Positions 48,873 through 58,747 are shown, counted from the stretch's first letter. The stretch: 64,000 nt of DNA from Alphaproteobacteria bacterium (GCA_965214705.1 OZ243972.1:3168001-3232000), one strand, 5' to 3'. The notes: generated by a model not told the origin, from the sequence alone. Program-made: numbers and translations.

Positions 48873-49571
48873 TCACGACATGCAGAGCCGCGTGTGCAGG
48901 CGCTCGTGGCGCATGCTGGCGACATCGAGGCCGGCGGTGGCGCTGCCGAGTGTGTCCAGCTCCATGGCGCAGGCGTTCTCGGTGCCCTGTGTCAGCAGCG
49001 GCCAGGCCTCCCTGACGATGCGCTGGCTCTCGATCTGGCCGAGCGGGATCAGCCGTGCCCCGACGCTGACGAGGTTGGAGAGCGCGGCGTGTAGGAAGGC
49101 GAGCACCGCGTCGTCGGAGCCGATCCCCTGCGCCTCCGCCGCCGCGCCGAAGATCACCGCCTGATGTCCCTCGCAGCGCCCGTCGCGCACCGCCTCCGCA
49201 AAGGGCGCGAGGGACTCCGCCGAGAAGACGTCGCGATAGGCGCCCAGCAGCGCGCGCCCGGTCTTGAACGAGGCCTCGCGCGCTTCCCGACTGAGCTTGA
49301 GCGCGCCCACGACGTGGTCGAGGTCCACCAGCCCGTCGAGATCGCCTGCGGCGGCGCGGCGATGGGCATGGGCGACCGCGGCGCCATCCGTCGGCACGGC
49401 GGCGTAGCCGAGCCAGTCCCGGCAGGCGCTCTCGAAGCTCGCGGCGTCGTCCAGCGCGCCCGAGTCGATCCAGGTCTCGAAGCCGTAGGAGTGGTTGAAC
49501 GCGCCGGTCGGGAACGAGGCGTTCGCAACTTGCAGCAGGTAGAGGAGCCGGTCGGGCGCGTCAGTGCTCAT
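48873..49571 (-). CDS. ureF: Urease accessory protein UreF
   Basis: FPTGAFNHSYGFE, RLIPLGQ, HERLHTRLCMS. Confidence 0.93.
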   Translation of the reverse strand: MSTDAPDRLLYLLQVANASFPTGAFNHSYGFETWIDSGALDDAASFESACRDWLGYAAVPTDGAAVAHAHRRAAAGDLDGLVDLDHVVGALKLSREAREASFKTGRALLGAYRDVFSAESLAPFAEAVRDGRCEGHQAVIFGAAAEAQGIGSDDAVLAFLHAALSNLVSVGARLIPLGQIESQRIVREAWPLLTQGTENACAMELDTLGSATAGLDVASMRHERLHTRLCMS

Positions 49572-50052
49572 GGTGATGGTCGTGGTGGCCGTGGTGATCG
49601 TGATGGTGGTGGGCGCCGTGAGCGCCGTAGCGGCGGCCGACGAAGGGGATGGTGCGCTCCTCGTAGGAGATGCCGAGACGCGTGAGCAGATCCGCCACCA
49701 TGGGATCGGCCGGGGTCAGCATCCCCTCGTCGGTGAAGCGGACCGGCCGGTGCAGGTTGCCGAGCTGATAGCCGGCGACGCCCCAGGTGTACGCGTCGTC
49801 CGGGCTGACGACGTAGAGCGCCTCCGGCGCGGCGCGCGCCACCACCGCCGTGGTGCCTTCCAGCGCGAGCACGTCGCCGTCGTTGATCTCGGTGCCGCGC
49901 GGGAGCGAGATGCGCACGTCGCGCCCCCCTTCGGAGCGTCCCACCAGATGGGCGCTGGCACGCTCCTCCGAGTTGAGCAGCACCGGGTCCTCGCTCTCGA
50001 ATCGGCTGCGCAGGGACTCGATCGTGCCGAGGACCTCGGTGACGACCGCCAT
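49561..50052 (-). CDS. ureE: Urease nickel chaperone UreE
   Basis: GYQLGNLH, His-rich C-terminus. Confidence 0.9.
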   Translation of the reverse strand: MAVVTEVLGTIESLRSRFESEDPVLLNSEERASAHLVGRSEGGRDVRISLPRGTEINDGDVLALEGTTAVVARAAPEALYVVSPDDAYTWGVAGYQLGNLHRPVRFTDEGMLTPADPMVADLLTRLGISYEERTIPFVGRRYGAHGAHHHHDHHGHHDHHHEH

Positions 50053-50076
50053 GCGTGCCGTCGCCTCCGCCGCCCC

Positions 50077-51783
50077 TTAGCGGAAGTAGAAGAGCTGGGT
50101 CAGCGGCAGGGTCTTCGCCGGCTTCACCGTGATGCGCTCGCCATCGACGTAGACGTTGTAGGTCTCCGGGTCGATCTCGATATCCGGCAGCGCGTCGTTG
50201 TGGATCATGTCGCGCTTGGAGATGGTGCGGCAGCGCTTCACCGGCACCAGCCTCTGGGTCTCGATCTGGTCCGCAAGCCCGTTGTCGAGCGCCGCCTTGG
50301 TGACGAAGGAGTAGCTCGTCCGCTTCGGGTTGACGCCGAGGGAGCCGTACTGCGGCCGGTACTTGAGCGGCTGGCCGGTCATCAGCGAGCCCGCCGGGTC
50401 GCCCATCACCGCGTGCGAGATGAAGCCGCCCTTCAGCGTCACCTCGGGCTTCGCGATGAAGAACTCGGGCCGCCAGAACACCAGGTCCGCGAGCTTGCCC
50501 GGCGTGATCGAGCCCACGTAGGAATCGACGCCGAAGCAGATCGACGGGTTGATCGTCACCTTGGCGAGGTAGCGCTTGATCCTGAAGTTGTCGTTGCCCG
50601 AGCCGTCCTCCGAGAGCCGTCCGAAGCGCACCTTGTTGACAGCCGCGAGTTGGAAGGAGCGCTGCGCGCTCTCTGCCGCGCGGCCCACGCCCTGGCTGTC
50701 GGAGCCGATCATGCTGATCGCGCCCATGTCGTGCAGCACGTCCTCGGCCCGCATGGTCTCCGCGCGAGCGCGGCCCTGAATGAAGGCGATGTCCGTCGGC
50801 ACGCTCTTGTTCAGGTTGTGGCAGGTGATCAACATGTCGATCTCTTCGTCGTACGTGTTGATCGAGAACGGGTTGGTCGGGTTGGTCGAGCTCGGAAGCA
50901 GGTTGGGCTCGCCGCAGACCCGCATCATGTCCGGCGCGTTGCCGCCGCCCGCGCCCTCGCAGTGGTAGATGTGCATGACGCGGCCGTTGATGGCCGCGAT
51001 GGTGTCCTCGTAGTAGCCGGTCTCGTTGAGCGTGTCGGCGTGAATCTGGACCTGAAAGTCGTACTCGTCCGCAAGCTCCATGGTGGTCTCGATGGCGGCG
51101 GGCGAGGACGACCAGTCCTCGTGGATCTTGAGCCCCGTGGCGCCGGCCAGGATCTGCTCCACCAGAGAGCCCGGCGTCGCCGCGTTGCCCTTGCCGAAGT
51201 TGCCGAAGTTGAGCGGGATGTCCGCCATCGCCTCCAGCATCCGCTGGATGTTGAAGACGCCGGGACACTCGATGCCCACCGTCTTCGGCCCCGAGCCGCC
51301 GCCGATCACCGTGGTGAAGCCCGCGTTCTGGTACTCGTAGAGCTGCTGCACGGAATCGAAGTGGGGGTGGATGTCTACGAAGCCCGGCGTGCAGATCATG
51401 CCCTCGACCGAGAGGATGTCGGTGTTGGGCGAGACGATCAGCCCCGGCGTGATGTTCATGGTGTCCGGGTTGCCGGACTTGCCGACGCCGACGATCTCGC
51501 CGTCCAGCACGCCGATGTCGCCCTTCACGACGCCGAGGATCGGATCGATGATCACGGCGTTGGTGATCACCATGTCGAGCCCGCCGTCGCTCTGCTTCCA
51601 CTTCGACGCCTGGCCCATGCCGTCGCGGATGGTCTTGCCGCCGCCGAAGACGAGCTCGTCGCCGTAGGTGGTGTAGTCGTGCTCGATCTCGGCCACGAGG
51701 CCGGTGTCGGCGAGGTGAATCTTGTCCCCGGTGGTCGGCCCGTACTGCGCGGCGTAGTCCGGGCGGGCGATCTTCATGCTCAT
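50077..51783 (-). CDS. ureC: Urease alpha subunit, divergent active-site pocket
   Basis: YGPTTGD, DIHPH, GLKIHEDW, HADTLNE, HCEGAGGG, CH, SDSQ. Confidence 0.93.
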   Translation of the reverse strand: MSMKIARPDYAAQYGPTTGDKIHLADTGLVAEIEHDYTTYGDELVFGGGKTIRDGMGQASKWKQSDGGLDMVITNAVIIDPILGVVKGDIGVLDGEIVGVGKSGNPDTMNITPGLIVSPNTDILSVEGMICTPGFVDIHPHFDSVQQLYEYQNAGFTTVIGGGSGPKTVGIECPGVFNIQRMLEAMADIPLNFGNFGKGNAATPGSLVEQILAGATGLKIHEDWSSSPAAIETTMELADEYDFQVQIHADTLNETGYYEDTIAAINGRVMHIYHCEGAGGGNAPDMMRVCGEPNLLPSSTNPTNPFSINTYDEEIDMLITCHNLNKSVPTDIAFIQGRARAETMRAEDVLHDMGAISMIGSDSQGVGRAAESAQRSFQLAAVNKVRFGRLSEDGSGNDNFRIKRYLAKVTINPSICFGVDSYVGSITPGKLADLVFWRPEFFIAKPEVTLKGGFISHAVMGDPAGSLMTGQPLKYRPQYGSLGVNPKRTSYSFVTKAALDNGLADQIETQRLVPVKRCRTISKRDMIHNDALPDIEIDPETYNVYVDGERITVKPAKTLPLTQLFYFR

Positions 51784-51806
51784 GCTCTGGCTCCCTGCTC
51801 CTGCCC

Positions 51807-52313
51807 TCAGTCGCCGTCCTTGCCGCCGAACTTCTCGTCGGGCGGGGTCTGGACCGGATAGCGCTCGCCCTCGAAGCAGTAGCCCTCGGCCCTGAGGCGG
51901 CGCATGGTCTGCTCCTTGATGATGCCGGAGCGGACCGAGCCGTTGGTCATGTTGTTCATGCCGTAGGCGACCTGGCGGCCGACGTAGCCGGTGATCTGCA
52001 CCTTGCGGCTCTGGCCGGGCTCGAAGCGCACGGCGCTGCCGGAAGGCACGTCGAGGCGCATGCCGAACGCCGCCTCGCGATCGAAGGCCATCGCCCTGTT
52101 GCACTCGGCGAGGTGATAGTGGGCGCCGATCTGGATCGGCCGGTCGCCGGTGTTGACCATGACGATCTCGATCGCGGGGCGATCCGCATTGATCTCGATG
52201 TCGCCCTCGGCGAAGTCGATGGCGCCGCACTTCTCCGGCTCGCCCACCTCGAACGCCTCGTCCGGCACGATCGATTCCGGCAGCGGCGGCGGGCTCCATT
52301 TTCTCTTAGCCAT
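51807..52313 (-). CDS. ureB: Urease beta subunit with N-terminal extension
   Basis: NTGDRPIQIGAHYH, G.RLDVPSG.AVRFEPG. Confidence 0.93.
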   Translation of the reverse strand: MAKRKWSPPPLPESIVPDEAFEVGEPEKCGAIDFAEGDIEINADRPAIEIVMVNTGDRPIQIGAHYHLAECNRAMAFDREAAFGMRLDVPSGSAVRFEPGQSRKVQITGYVGRQVAYGMNNMTNGSVRSGIIKEQTMRRLRAEGYCFEGERYPVQTPPDEKFGGKDGD

Positions 52314-52338
52314 GGCTGTTCTCCACGCTTGGCCCGCG

Positions 52339-52650
52339 CTACTCGCGGATCGGGTTCATCACCGTGACGAGCTTGGTCCCGTCCGGGAACATGGCCTCGA
52401 CCTGGACGATCTTCATCATCTCGGGCACGCCCGTCATCACGTCCTCGCGCTTCAGGATGGTGGCGCCGTACTCCATCATGTCTGTCAGCATGGGGATGCT
52501 GCCCTCGCGTGCGCGCTCTAGAATCTCGTCGCAGATCAGCGCAATCGCCTCGGGGTAGTTCAGCTTGACGCCGCGATCGAGGCGCCGCCGGGCCATCTCC
52601 GCCGCGGCCCAAATCTGTATCCGTTCTTCTTCACGTACAGTGAGATGCAT
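52339..52650 (-). CDS. ureA: Urease gamma subunit
   Basis: MHLT.RE, KLNYPEA, QVEAMFPDGTKLVTV. Confidence 0.95.
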   Translation of the reverse strand: MHLTVREEERIQIWAAAEMARRRLDRGVKLNYPEAIALICDEILERAREGSIPMLTDMMEYGATILKREDVMTGVPEMMKIVQVEAMFPDGTKLVTVMNPIRE

Positions 52651-52985
52651 GAGCCCCCGCTCCCTCTAACGCGCGACATCCGCATAATTTGAGCGACGAC
52701 ACGATTCCATGTGACCGGCGCCCCTAAGAAAAGTCCCCGAAAGGATATACCCGAACGAGTAGTATGTCCCGAGCGGCTGGAGTGGCACAGCCGTCAGGCT
52801 CATCTATTGTTCGTGCCTTCCCCCTGATTGACACAACGTTGCTCCCGACCCCACGTCCGGCCGACCTTGCGCCTGTTGGATGCGCGTGCCGAAGGCGGTA
52901 GGCTTGATCCAAAATACTCCATGATGTTGACCTGCGGGTCCGAGCAGTCGCAGGACGCCGCCGAGCGCGGCAGGGAGGGCTGGCC

Positions 52986-53741
52986 GTGGACAGCCAGATG
53001 GAGTGGTTTTCGGGAGAGCTGGACAAGGCAAGCTCCTTCGATCAGGCGCTGGACATCCTCGCCCAAATTACCGCCGACATGGGTTACACGCAGGTCCTCT
53101 ACGCCTATCAGCGAACAGCGCGTCTCGCGGACGGCGAGTGGGTTCCACTCAAGCTCAACGTCCGTAACTTTCCTGCAGGCTGGGAGCGTCAGTGGGAGGC
53201 CTTCGGCTCTCACGATCCGTACTACCGGGCATGCTTCGAGACGACCCTGCCCTTCGATTGGCACGACGTTCAACGACGCGAACATCTTCACCCGGCCCAG
53301 GCAAAAGCATGGCGCTATCTCGCGGACCTCGGGCTCGGTCGCGGTATGACCATACCTGTCCATCTTCCCTGGGGGCGGTTCGCGGTGGTCAGCGCCATCG
53401 TCGACCGGTCGACGAGCAATTGGTCGCACATCAAGGATGCGACGCGGGATCCCATGTTTCACCTCACCCACCTCTTTCACGACACCGTGCGACGCAATGG
53501 ATTCGAGGATCAGGTGCAGGTCGCGTCATGCGTCCGACTCAGTCCGCGAGAAACGGAATGCCTGCAATGGGCGGCGGCGGGCAAGACCTCACCCGAGATA
53601 GCCCGGATCATCGACCGATCGGTCGAAACCGTGCGCCTCCACCTCAAGAACGCCTTCCACAAGCTTGGTGCGAACAACAAGGGACATGCGATTGGCAAGG
53701 CCGTGCAACTCGGATTGGTCGAGCCGATCGACCGGCATTGA
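52986..53741 (+). CDS. LuxR solo (autoinducer-binding domain plus HTH)
   Basis: NFPAGW...HDP, FDW, GMTIPVH; LSPRETECL.W.AAGKTS.EIA; no luxI in the window. Confidence 0.92.
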   Translation: MDSQMEWFSGELDKASSFDQALDILAQITADMGYTQVLYAYQRTARLADGEWVPLKLNVRNFPAGWERQWEAFGSHDPYYRACFETTLPFDWHDVQRREHLHPAQAKAWRYLADLGLGRGMTIPVHLPWGRFAVVSAIVDRSTSNWSHIKDATRDPMFHLTHLFHDTVRRNGFEDQVQVASCVRLSPRETECLQWAAAGKTSPEIARIIDRSVETVRLHLKNAFHKLGANNKGHAIGKAVQLGLVEPIDRH

Positions 53742-53890
53742 CTACCCAATTATGTTAACCTGTTTATGGAGCCTCGTTCGGGGAGTGTCCGTCGACTAGA
53801 TTATTCCCTAGCCTGCCAACTCGATGGCCGTGCCAGGCCGGCTGACGGAGCAGGCTGGGCGGTTGTAACCGGAAATCAGGGAGGTGGTCG

Positions 53891-55198
53891 ATGCGGCGCA
53901 AACTCACATTAGGGAAGGCCGTTGGCGCGGCCCTTGCAGCGATAGGCATGGTGGCGCTGGCCGGTCTGGCGAACAATTCGGCGCAGGCCGCGACGGACGA
54001 GGAGATCATCCTTTGCACGATCGATGATCTTTCCGGCGATTTCTCGATCATGGCGACACCCAAGACCTACGGCTATCAGCTGGCGGTCAAGGAGGTGAAC
54101 GAGGCTGGCGGCATCATGGTGGATGGCGCCCAGAAGATGATCAAGCTGATCACCTACGATGGGCAGTCCCAGGTCAAACGCTATCAGGAGCTTGCACAAA
54201 AGTGCATTTTCGACGACGAGGCCGATGTCGTCATGGCAGCGTACACGGGCGCCGAGCGTGAGGCGGCCCGCCGCGAAGTGGTCCGCAACGAGGTCATCTA
54301 CTGGCATAACAATCAGGGCGAGGGCGGGATTGCCGACAGGTACTCGTTCTTCTCCGGCCCCACGCCTGAGCAGCAGGTCCTGCCGGCGCTCAAGTGGATG
54401 ATCGAGAATTACGGCACGCGGATGATTTACATCGGTGCTGACTACAACTTCTGCCGGGCGATCGGTATGTGGACCCGAACGGCCGCCAATCTCTATGGCG
54501 GAACCATCGAGTATGAGGAGTACTTCCCGTTCGGTGTCTCGCAATGGCAGGCGACGATCGACAGAATTCAGAAGGTCGCGCCGGACTTCCAGGTCCATTG
54601 TCTCGTCGGTGCCGAGCATGTGCAGTTCTATCCGCAGGCGCAGTCGGCAGGCCTGTCGACGCCGACATGGTCAAACGTGACTATCGCGGACGGCTACGAG
54701 CACAAGCGTTTCGCGCCGCCCTCGCTGGCGAACATGCATGTCTCGCCGGGCTACATCGAGGATGTGCCCCACGAGAACAGCGTGGAGTTCGTCCGCAAGC
54801 TGCGCGAAATGTTCCCAGACATGCTGTACGCAAACGAGCACGCGGGCTTCGGTTATGTGGCGGTGAAGGCAATGGCTAACGCCTGGGCCAAGGCCGGCAC
54901 GACGGACACCGACGCGGTGATCGACGCCTTGCAGTCGGATATCGAGGTACCGGAGGCGCCGGGGGGTCCGTGGAAGCTCCATGGCGACCAGCATCACGGC
55001 GCCATGCATTCATACCTGTTCAAGGTGAACGACGATCACAGCCTGACGCTGATCGCTGACCTCGGTTACACCGAGCCAACATTCCTCAGCGACATCGGCG
55101 TGAACATGCGTGAGAAGGCGCCGGGTCGTCAGTATCTGCCGCCGGACAATCCGGCATGGGCGCCCTTCTTCGAGGGTCAGGAACGCGTCGGGCAGTGA
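53891..55198 (+). CDS. Urea/short-chain amide ABC substrate-binding protein (UrtA/AmiC-like)
   Basis: Signal peptide, DLSG, EVNEAGG, QGEGG, PEQQ, GADYNF. Confidence 0.8.
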   Translation: MRRKLTLGKAVGAALAAIGMVALAGLANNSAQAATDEEIILCTIDDLSGDFSIMATPKTYGYQLAVKEVNEAGGIMVDGAQKMIKLITYDGQSQVKRYQELAQKCIFDDEADVVMAAYTGAEREAARREVVRNEVIYWHNNQGEGGIADRYSFFSGPTPEQQVLPALKWMIENYGTRMIYIGADYNFCRAIGMWTRTAANLYGGTIEYEEYFPFGVSQWQATIDRIQKVAPDFQVHCLVGAEHVQFYPQAQSAGLSTPTWSNVTIADGYEHKRFAPPSLANMHVSPGYIEDVPHENSVEFVRKLREMFPDMLYANEHAGFGYVAVKAMANAWAKAGTTDTDAVIDALQSDIEVPEAPGGPWKLHGDQHHGAMHSYLFKVNDDHSLTLIADLGYTEPTFLSDIGVNMREKAPGRQYLPPDNPAWAPFFEGQERVGQ

Positions 55199-55293
55199 AT
55201 TGCCCCGGCGCTGGCGGCCGGCATAATGCCGGCCGCCCCGCCCTGCCCCGCGGCGGGGCGCCGGCACGTAGCAGCGGGAGCGGATAGGGCGCC

Positions 55294-56205
55294 ATGGATG
55301 TCGCGGCCGACGTCTTCAGCTACGCCTATCAGTATTTCGACAATATCGGATTTCTGATTCTCTCGGCGTCCGGCCTCATCATCATTTTCGGGATGATGGG
55401 CGTCATCAACATGGCTCATGGCGAGTTGATGATGATCGGCGCCTACATAACGGCGTTCTCCTATCATGCCGGTGTTCCAGCCCCCTTGGCCATCATCTTC
55501 GCTGGCATCGGTGCCGGCCTAGCCGGCATGGTTCTGGAGCGCCTGGTCATCCGGCACTTTTACAAGCAGCTCCTCTCGTCGCTGGTGGTGACATGGGGGC
55601 TGAGCCTGATGATCAGCCAAGGATTCCTGCTGATATTCGGGCCGACGATACTTAACGTGCCGACTCCGTTCGGCAACTTTCCAGTGGCAGAGCAGACCTT
55701 CGGGATCTATCGGCTTGTCCTGTTCGGTGGTGCACTGGCCATCGTCGCCGGAGTCTGGGCCGTGTTCACCTTCACCAAGTTCGGCACTCACGCCCGGGCC
55801 ACGATGGAAGACCCGGACATGGCCGACGCGCTGGGCGTGAACACGCGCAACATCTACGTCCTCACTTTCGGCATTGGTGCCGCCATGGGCGGCGTCGCAG
55901 GCGGCATGTTCGCGCTGACGGCGACGATTTCGCCGTTCTTCGGCATCAACTACACGCCGCTCGCATTCATCACCGTCGTGGTCGGCGGTGGTGCCAACGT
56001 CATCACCGGGCTGCTGTCGAGCGTGATGGCGCTCGCCGGCGTACAGACCGCAGTCAACAACTTGGTCAATGTCTATGTCGGCTACATTGCCATGATGGGC
56101 GCGGCTTTCTTCATCCTGCTCCTGCTCCCCAGGGGAATTTCGGAGTATCTCGAGCGCCGCAAGATACGGACGGAGCGGAAGGTGAGCCGCAGTGCGCCAG
56201 CATAG
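55294..56205 (+). CDS. Urea/amide ABC permease (UrtB-like)
   Basis: FGMMGVINMAHGELMMIGAY. Confidence 0.88.
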   Translation: MDVAADVFSYAYQYFDNIGFLILSASGLIIIFGMMGVINMAHGELMMIGAYITAFSYHAGVPAPLAIIFAGIGAGLAGMVLERLVIRHFYKQLLSSLVVTWGLSLMISQGFLLIFGPTILNVPTPFGNFPVAEQTFGIYRLVLFGGALAIVAGVWAVFTFTKFGTHARATMEDPDMADALGVNTRNIYVLTFGIGAAMGGVAGGMFALTATISPFFGINYTPLAFITVVVGGGANVITGLLSSVMALAGVQTAVNNLVNVYVGYIAMMGAAFFILLLLPRGISEYLERRKIRTERKVSRSAPA

Positions 56206-57292
56206 CGTTTTGGACCGCTACCTCGGCCCGCTGAACGGTCCTCACACGATGGGCCGCGGAGTCGCCTTCTGGGTCGGTTTCGTGGTCGTGGTTGCCGTGC
56301 TCGCGAGCTTTCCCGAGTACATGCGCCGCTACGATATTATAAATCTCAGCAACTTCCTGATTTCGGGCTTCCTCGCCCTTAGCCTCGGCCTGATCTGGGG
56401 TTATTGCGGCGTTCTCAGCCTTGGCCAGGCCGCGTTCCACGGAATCGGCGGCTATGCCTACGGTATCGTTGCGCTCAATCTCTTCAACGCGCACGGCAAT
56501 ACCGACATCGCGTTCTTCGCCGGTATTGTGGTCCCCGTTGTCTTTGCCGCAATCATTGGCGGGATCATGTTCTTCGCGCGATTGCGCGGCGTCTATATCG
56601 CGATCTTGATGCTCGTGGTCTCGCTGCTGATCGGCACGTTCATGCGTCAGACTGCCGATCCGAGCTACACAATCGGTGCGGCCTATTTGGGAGGAATGAA
56701 CGGACTCAGGCCCGCCTCCGTCGACGACCCGTTGCTCCCCAGCCTAATTTTTGGCCTCGGCGAGACGGTGATCGAGTTGGACGGCCGCCGCCCTGCCTTC
56801 TTCTACTTCGTTCTGGGGCTGCTGGTGGCAGTCTATCTGGGCCTCCGCTGCTTGGTGAACTCCAGCTACGGCTACTTGTTGATCGGCTGCCGGGAAGATC
56901 CTAACAGGACGGAGACTTTCGGTTACGATGTGCGTCTGATCCAGCTCGGCGTCTTCTGCATTGCTGCCGCGATCGCGGGGCTCTCGGGAGTGCTCTACAC
57001 GGCGTGGGGAACCTACATTCATCCGGACGGTTTCGGCGTCGCGCCCAACATTCTTGTCGTCATCTGGGTCGCGGTCGGCGGCCGCAAGGATCTCGGCGCC
57101 GCGATCGCGGGTGCGATCGTGCTCGAATGGGTATCGCTCAGACTTGCGGCCGAAGGCGAAATTGCGTTCCTTGTGCTGGGCGCCATTCTAGTCGGCGTTA
57201 TGCTGATCGCGCCGAACGGCCTCGGCATCACTATCGGCGACTACATCCGGCGAGGCCACGATCGGGCGATCGACTGGGTGCGTGCGCGGTGA
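56192..57292 (+). CDS. Urea/amide ABC permease (UrtC-like)
   Basis: LIWGYCGVLSLGQ, IWVAVGGR. Confidence 0.88.
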   Translation: MRQHSVLDRYLGPLNGPHTMGRGVAFWVGFVVVVAVLASFPEYMRRYDIINLSNFLISGFLALSLGLIWGYCGVLSLGQAAFHGIGGYAYGIVALNLFNAHGNTDIAFFAGIVVPVVFAAIIGGIMFFARLRGVYIAILMLVVSLLIGTFMRQTADPSYTIGAAYLGGMNGLRPASVDDPLLPSLIFGLGETVIELDGRRPAFFYFVLGLLVAVYLGLRCLVNSSYGYLLIGCREDPNRTETFGYDVRLIQLGVFCIAAAIAGLSGVLYTAWGTYIHPDGFGVAPNILVVIWVAVGGRKDLGAAIAGAIVLEWVSLRLAAEGEIAFLVLGAILVGVMLIAPNGLGITIGDYIRRGHDRAIDWVRAR

Positions 57293-58032
57293 GCGCGCTA
57301 GCCGAAAGGAGCGCCGCCACGGGCGTCATCGTGGAGACCCGGTCGCTAAGCAAGATATTCGGCGGCGTGCGGGCCGTGGATGGGCTCGATCTCTCCATCC
57401 AGGAGGGCGAAATCCATTGCATCATCGGTCCTAACGGCGCCGGCAAGAGCACCTTGTTCAAGCTCCTCATGGGGATCGAGCGGCCGACGGCAGGCGCGAT
57501 CGTTCTCGACGATCACGACATCACGCACATGGCGCCGCACCTTCGTGCGCGTCGCGGATTGGCCATCAAGTTCCAGTCAATGCAGGTCTATCAGGACCTC
57601 ACCGTCTATCAGAACCTCTTCATTCCTCTGCGCCGCCACCATCGGCCGCGCGAGATCCCCGATCGCTGTGCCGACTTGCTTACCCAGCTACAGCTTACGG
57701 ACACCGAAGAGCGGATCGTAGGCGATCTCTCGCACGGGCAGCAGCAGTGGCTTGCCATCGGCATGTCGATGGCGGTGGATCCCAAGGTGCTGCTCCTCGA
57801 CGAGCCGACCGCTGGCATGTCGCCAGAGGAGACGCGGCAGACTGCGGCAATCGTGCGTCAGCTCAACGAGGCGGGCGTGACAATCGCCGTGATCGAGCAC
57901 GACATGGCGTTCGTGCGCGACCTCGATACGCGAACGACGGTATTGCACTACGGCAAGGTGTTTGCTCAGGGCGCGTTCGCAGACATCGAGCGGGACGACG
58001 ACGTGCACCGCATCTATCTCGGGAAGATCTGA
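57289..58032 (+). CDS. ABC ATPase (UrtD-like)
   Basis: GPNGAGKS, LSHGQQQWL, LDEPTAGM. Confidence 0.9.
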   Translation: MSALAERSAATGVIVETRSLSKIFGGVRAVDGLDLSIQEGEIHCIIGPNGAGKSTLFKLLMGIERPTAGAIVLDDHDITHMAPHLRARRGLAIKFQSMQVYQDLTVYQNLFIPLRRHHRPREIPDRCADLLTQLQLTDTEERIVGDLSHGQQQWLAIGMSMAVDPKVLLLDEPTAGMSPEETRQTAAIVRQLNEAGVTIAVIEHDMAFVRDLDTRTTVLHYGKVFAQGAFADIERDDDVHRIYLGKI

Positions 58033-58045
58033 GGAGCCCGGCGCG

Positions 58046-58747
58046 ATGCTCCTCGATGTCAGTGGCCTGACCTCCGGTTACGGCAAGGTGCGCATCGTCA
58101 ACGACGTCTCGCTCAGTGTGGAGGAGCAGGAGATCGTCGCAGTGATCGGCCGCAATGGTGTCGGCAAGACCACGCTGATGAAAACTCTGGTCGGGCTGAT
58201 CCGGGGACTTGCCGGCACTGTTGAGTTTCGCAGCCAGGATGTGACTCGGATGCGCGCTGCCGAACGGGCGCAGCTAGGTATCGGCTACGTGCCGCAGGGG
58301 CGTGGCATCTTCGCCCGCCTGTCAGTCGCCGACAATTTGCGGATGGGTGAGCAGATCGGTGGCAGGGGCAAGGCGCCTGATTATGACCGCGTGCACGAGT
58401 ACTTTCCGATCCTGAAGGAGCGTCAGGCGCAGAAGGCAGGCTCACTCAGCGGCGGAGAGCAGCAGCAACTCGCGATAGGTCGCGTCCTCGTGGGCCATCC
58501 CGAACTCGTGTTGCTGGACGAGCCCTCGGAGGGGATCCAGCCCAACATCGTTCAGTCGATCGGCGAGATCATCAAGCGGCTGCGGACCGAAGTTGGATTG
58601 ACCTTCGTAATCGTGGAGCAAAACCTTGATCTCATAAATGCTGTGGCCGACCGTTGCCTGGTTATCGACAAGGGTTCGATTATCGCACGCCTGGACCCCG
58701 CGGAGCTGGCGGACCCAGAGATCGCCCGCAAATACCTAGCAATCTAA
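58046..58747 (+). CDS. ABC ATPase (UrtE-like)
   Basis: GRNGVGKT, LSGGEQQQL, LDEPSEGIQP. Confidence 0.9.
   Translation: MLLDVSGLTSGYGKVRIVNDVSLSVEEQEIVAVIGRNGVGKTTLMKTLVGLIRGLAGTVEFRSQDVTRMRAAERAQLGIGYVPQGRGIFARLSVADNLRMGEQIGGRGKAPDYDRVHEYFPILKERQAQKAGSLSGGEQQQLAIGRVLVGHPELVLLDEPSEGIQPNIVQSIGEIIKRLRTEVGLTFVIVEQNLDLINAVADRCLVIDKGSIIARLDPAELADPEIARKYLAI

Noticed and set aside
52782-52800. sigma54 promoter (TGGCAC)
   Set aside because: No TTGC at the -12 position, and no enhancer-binding protein in the window.
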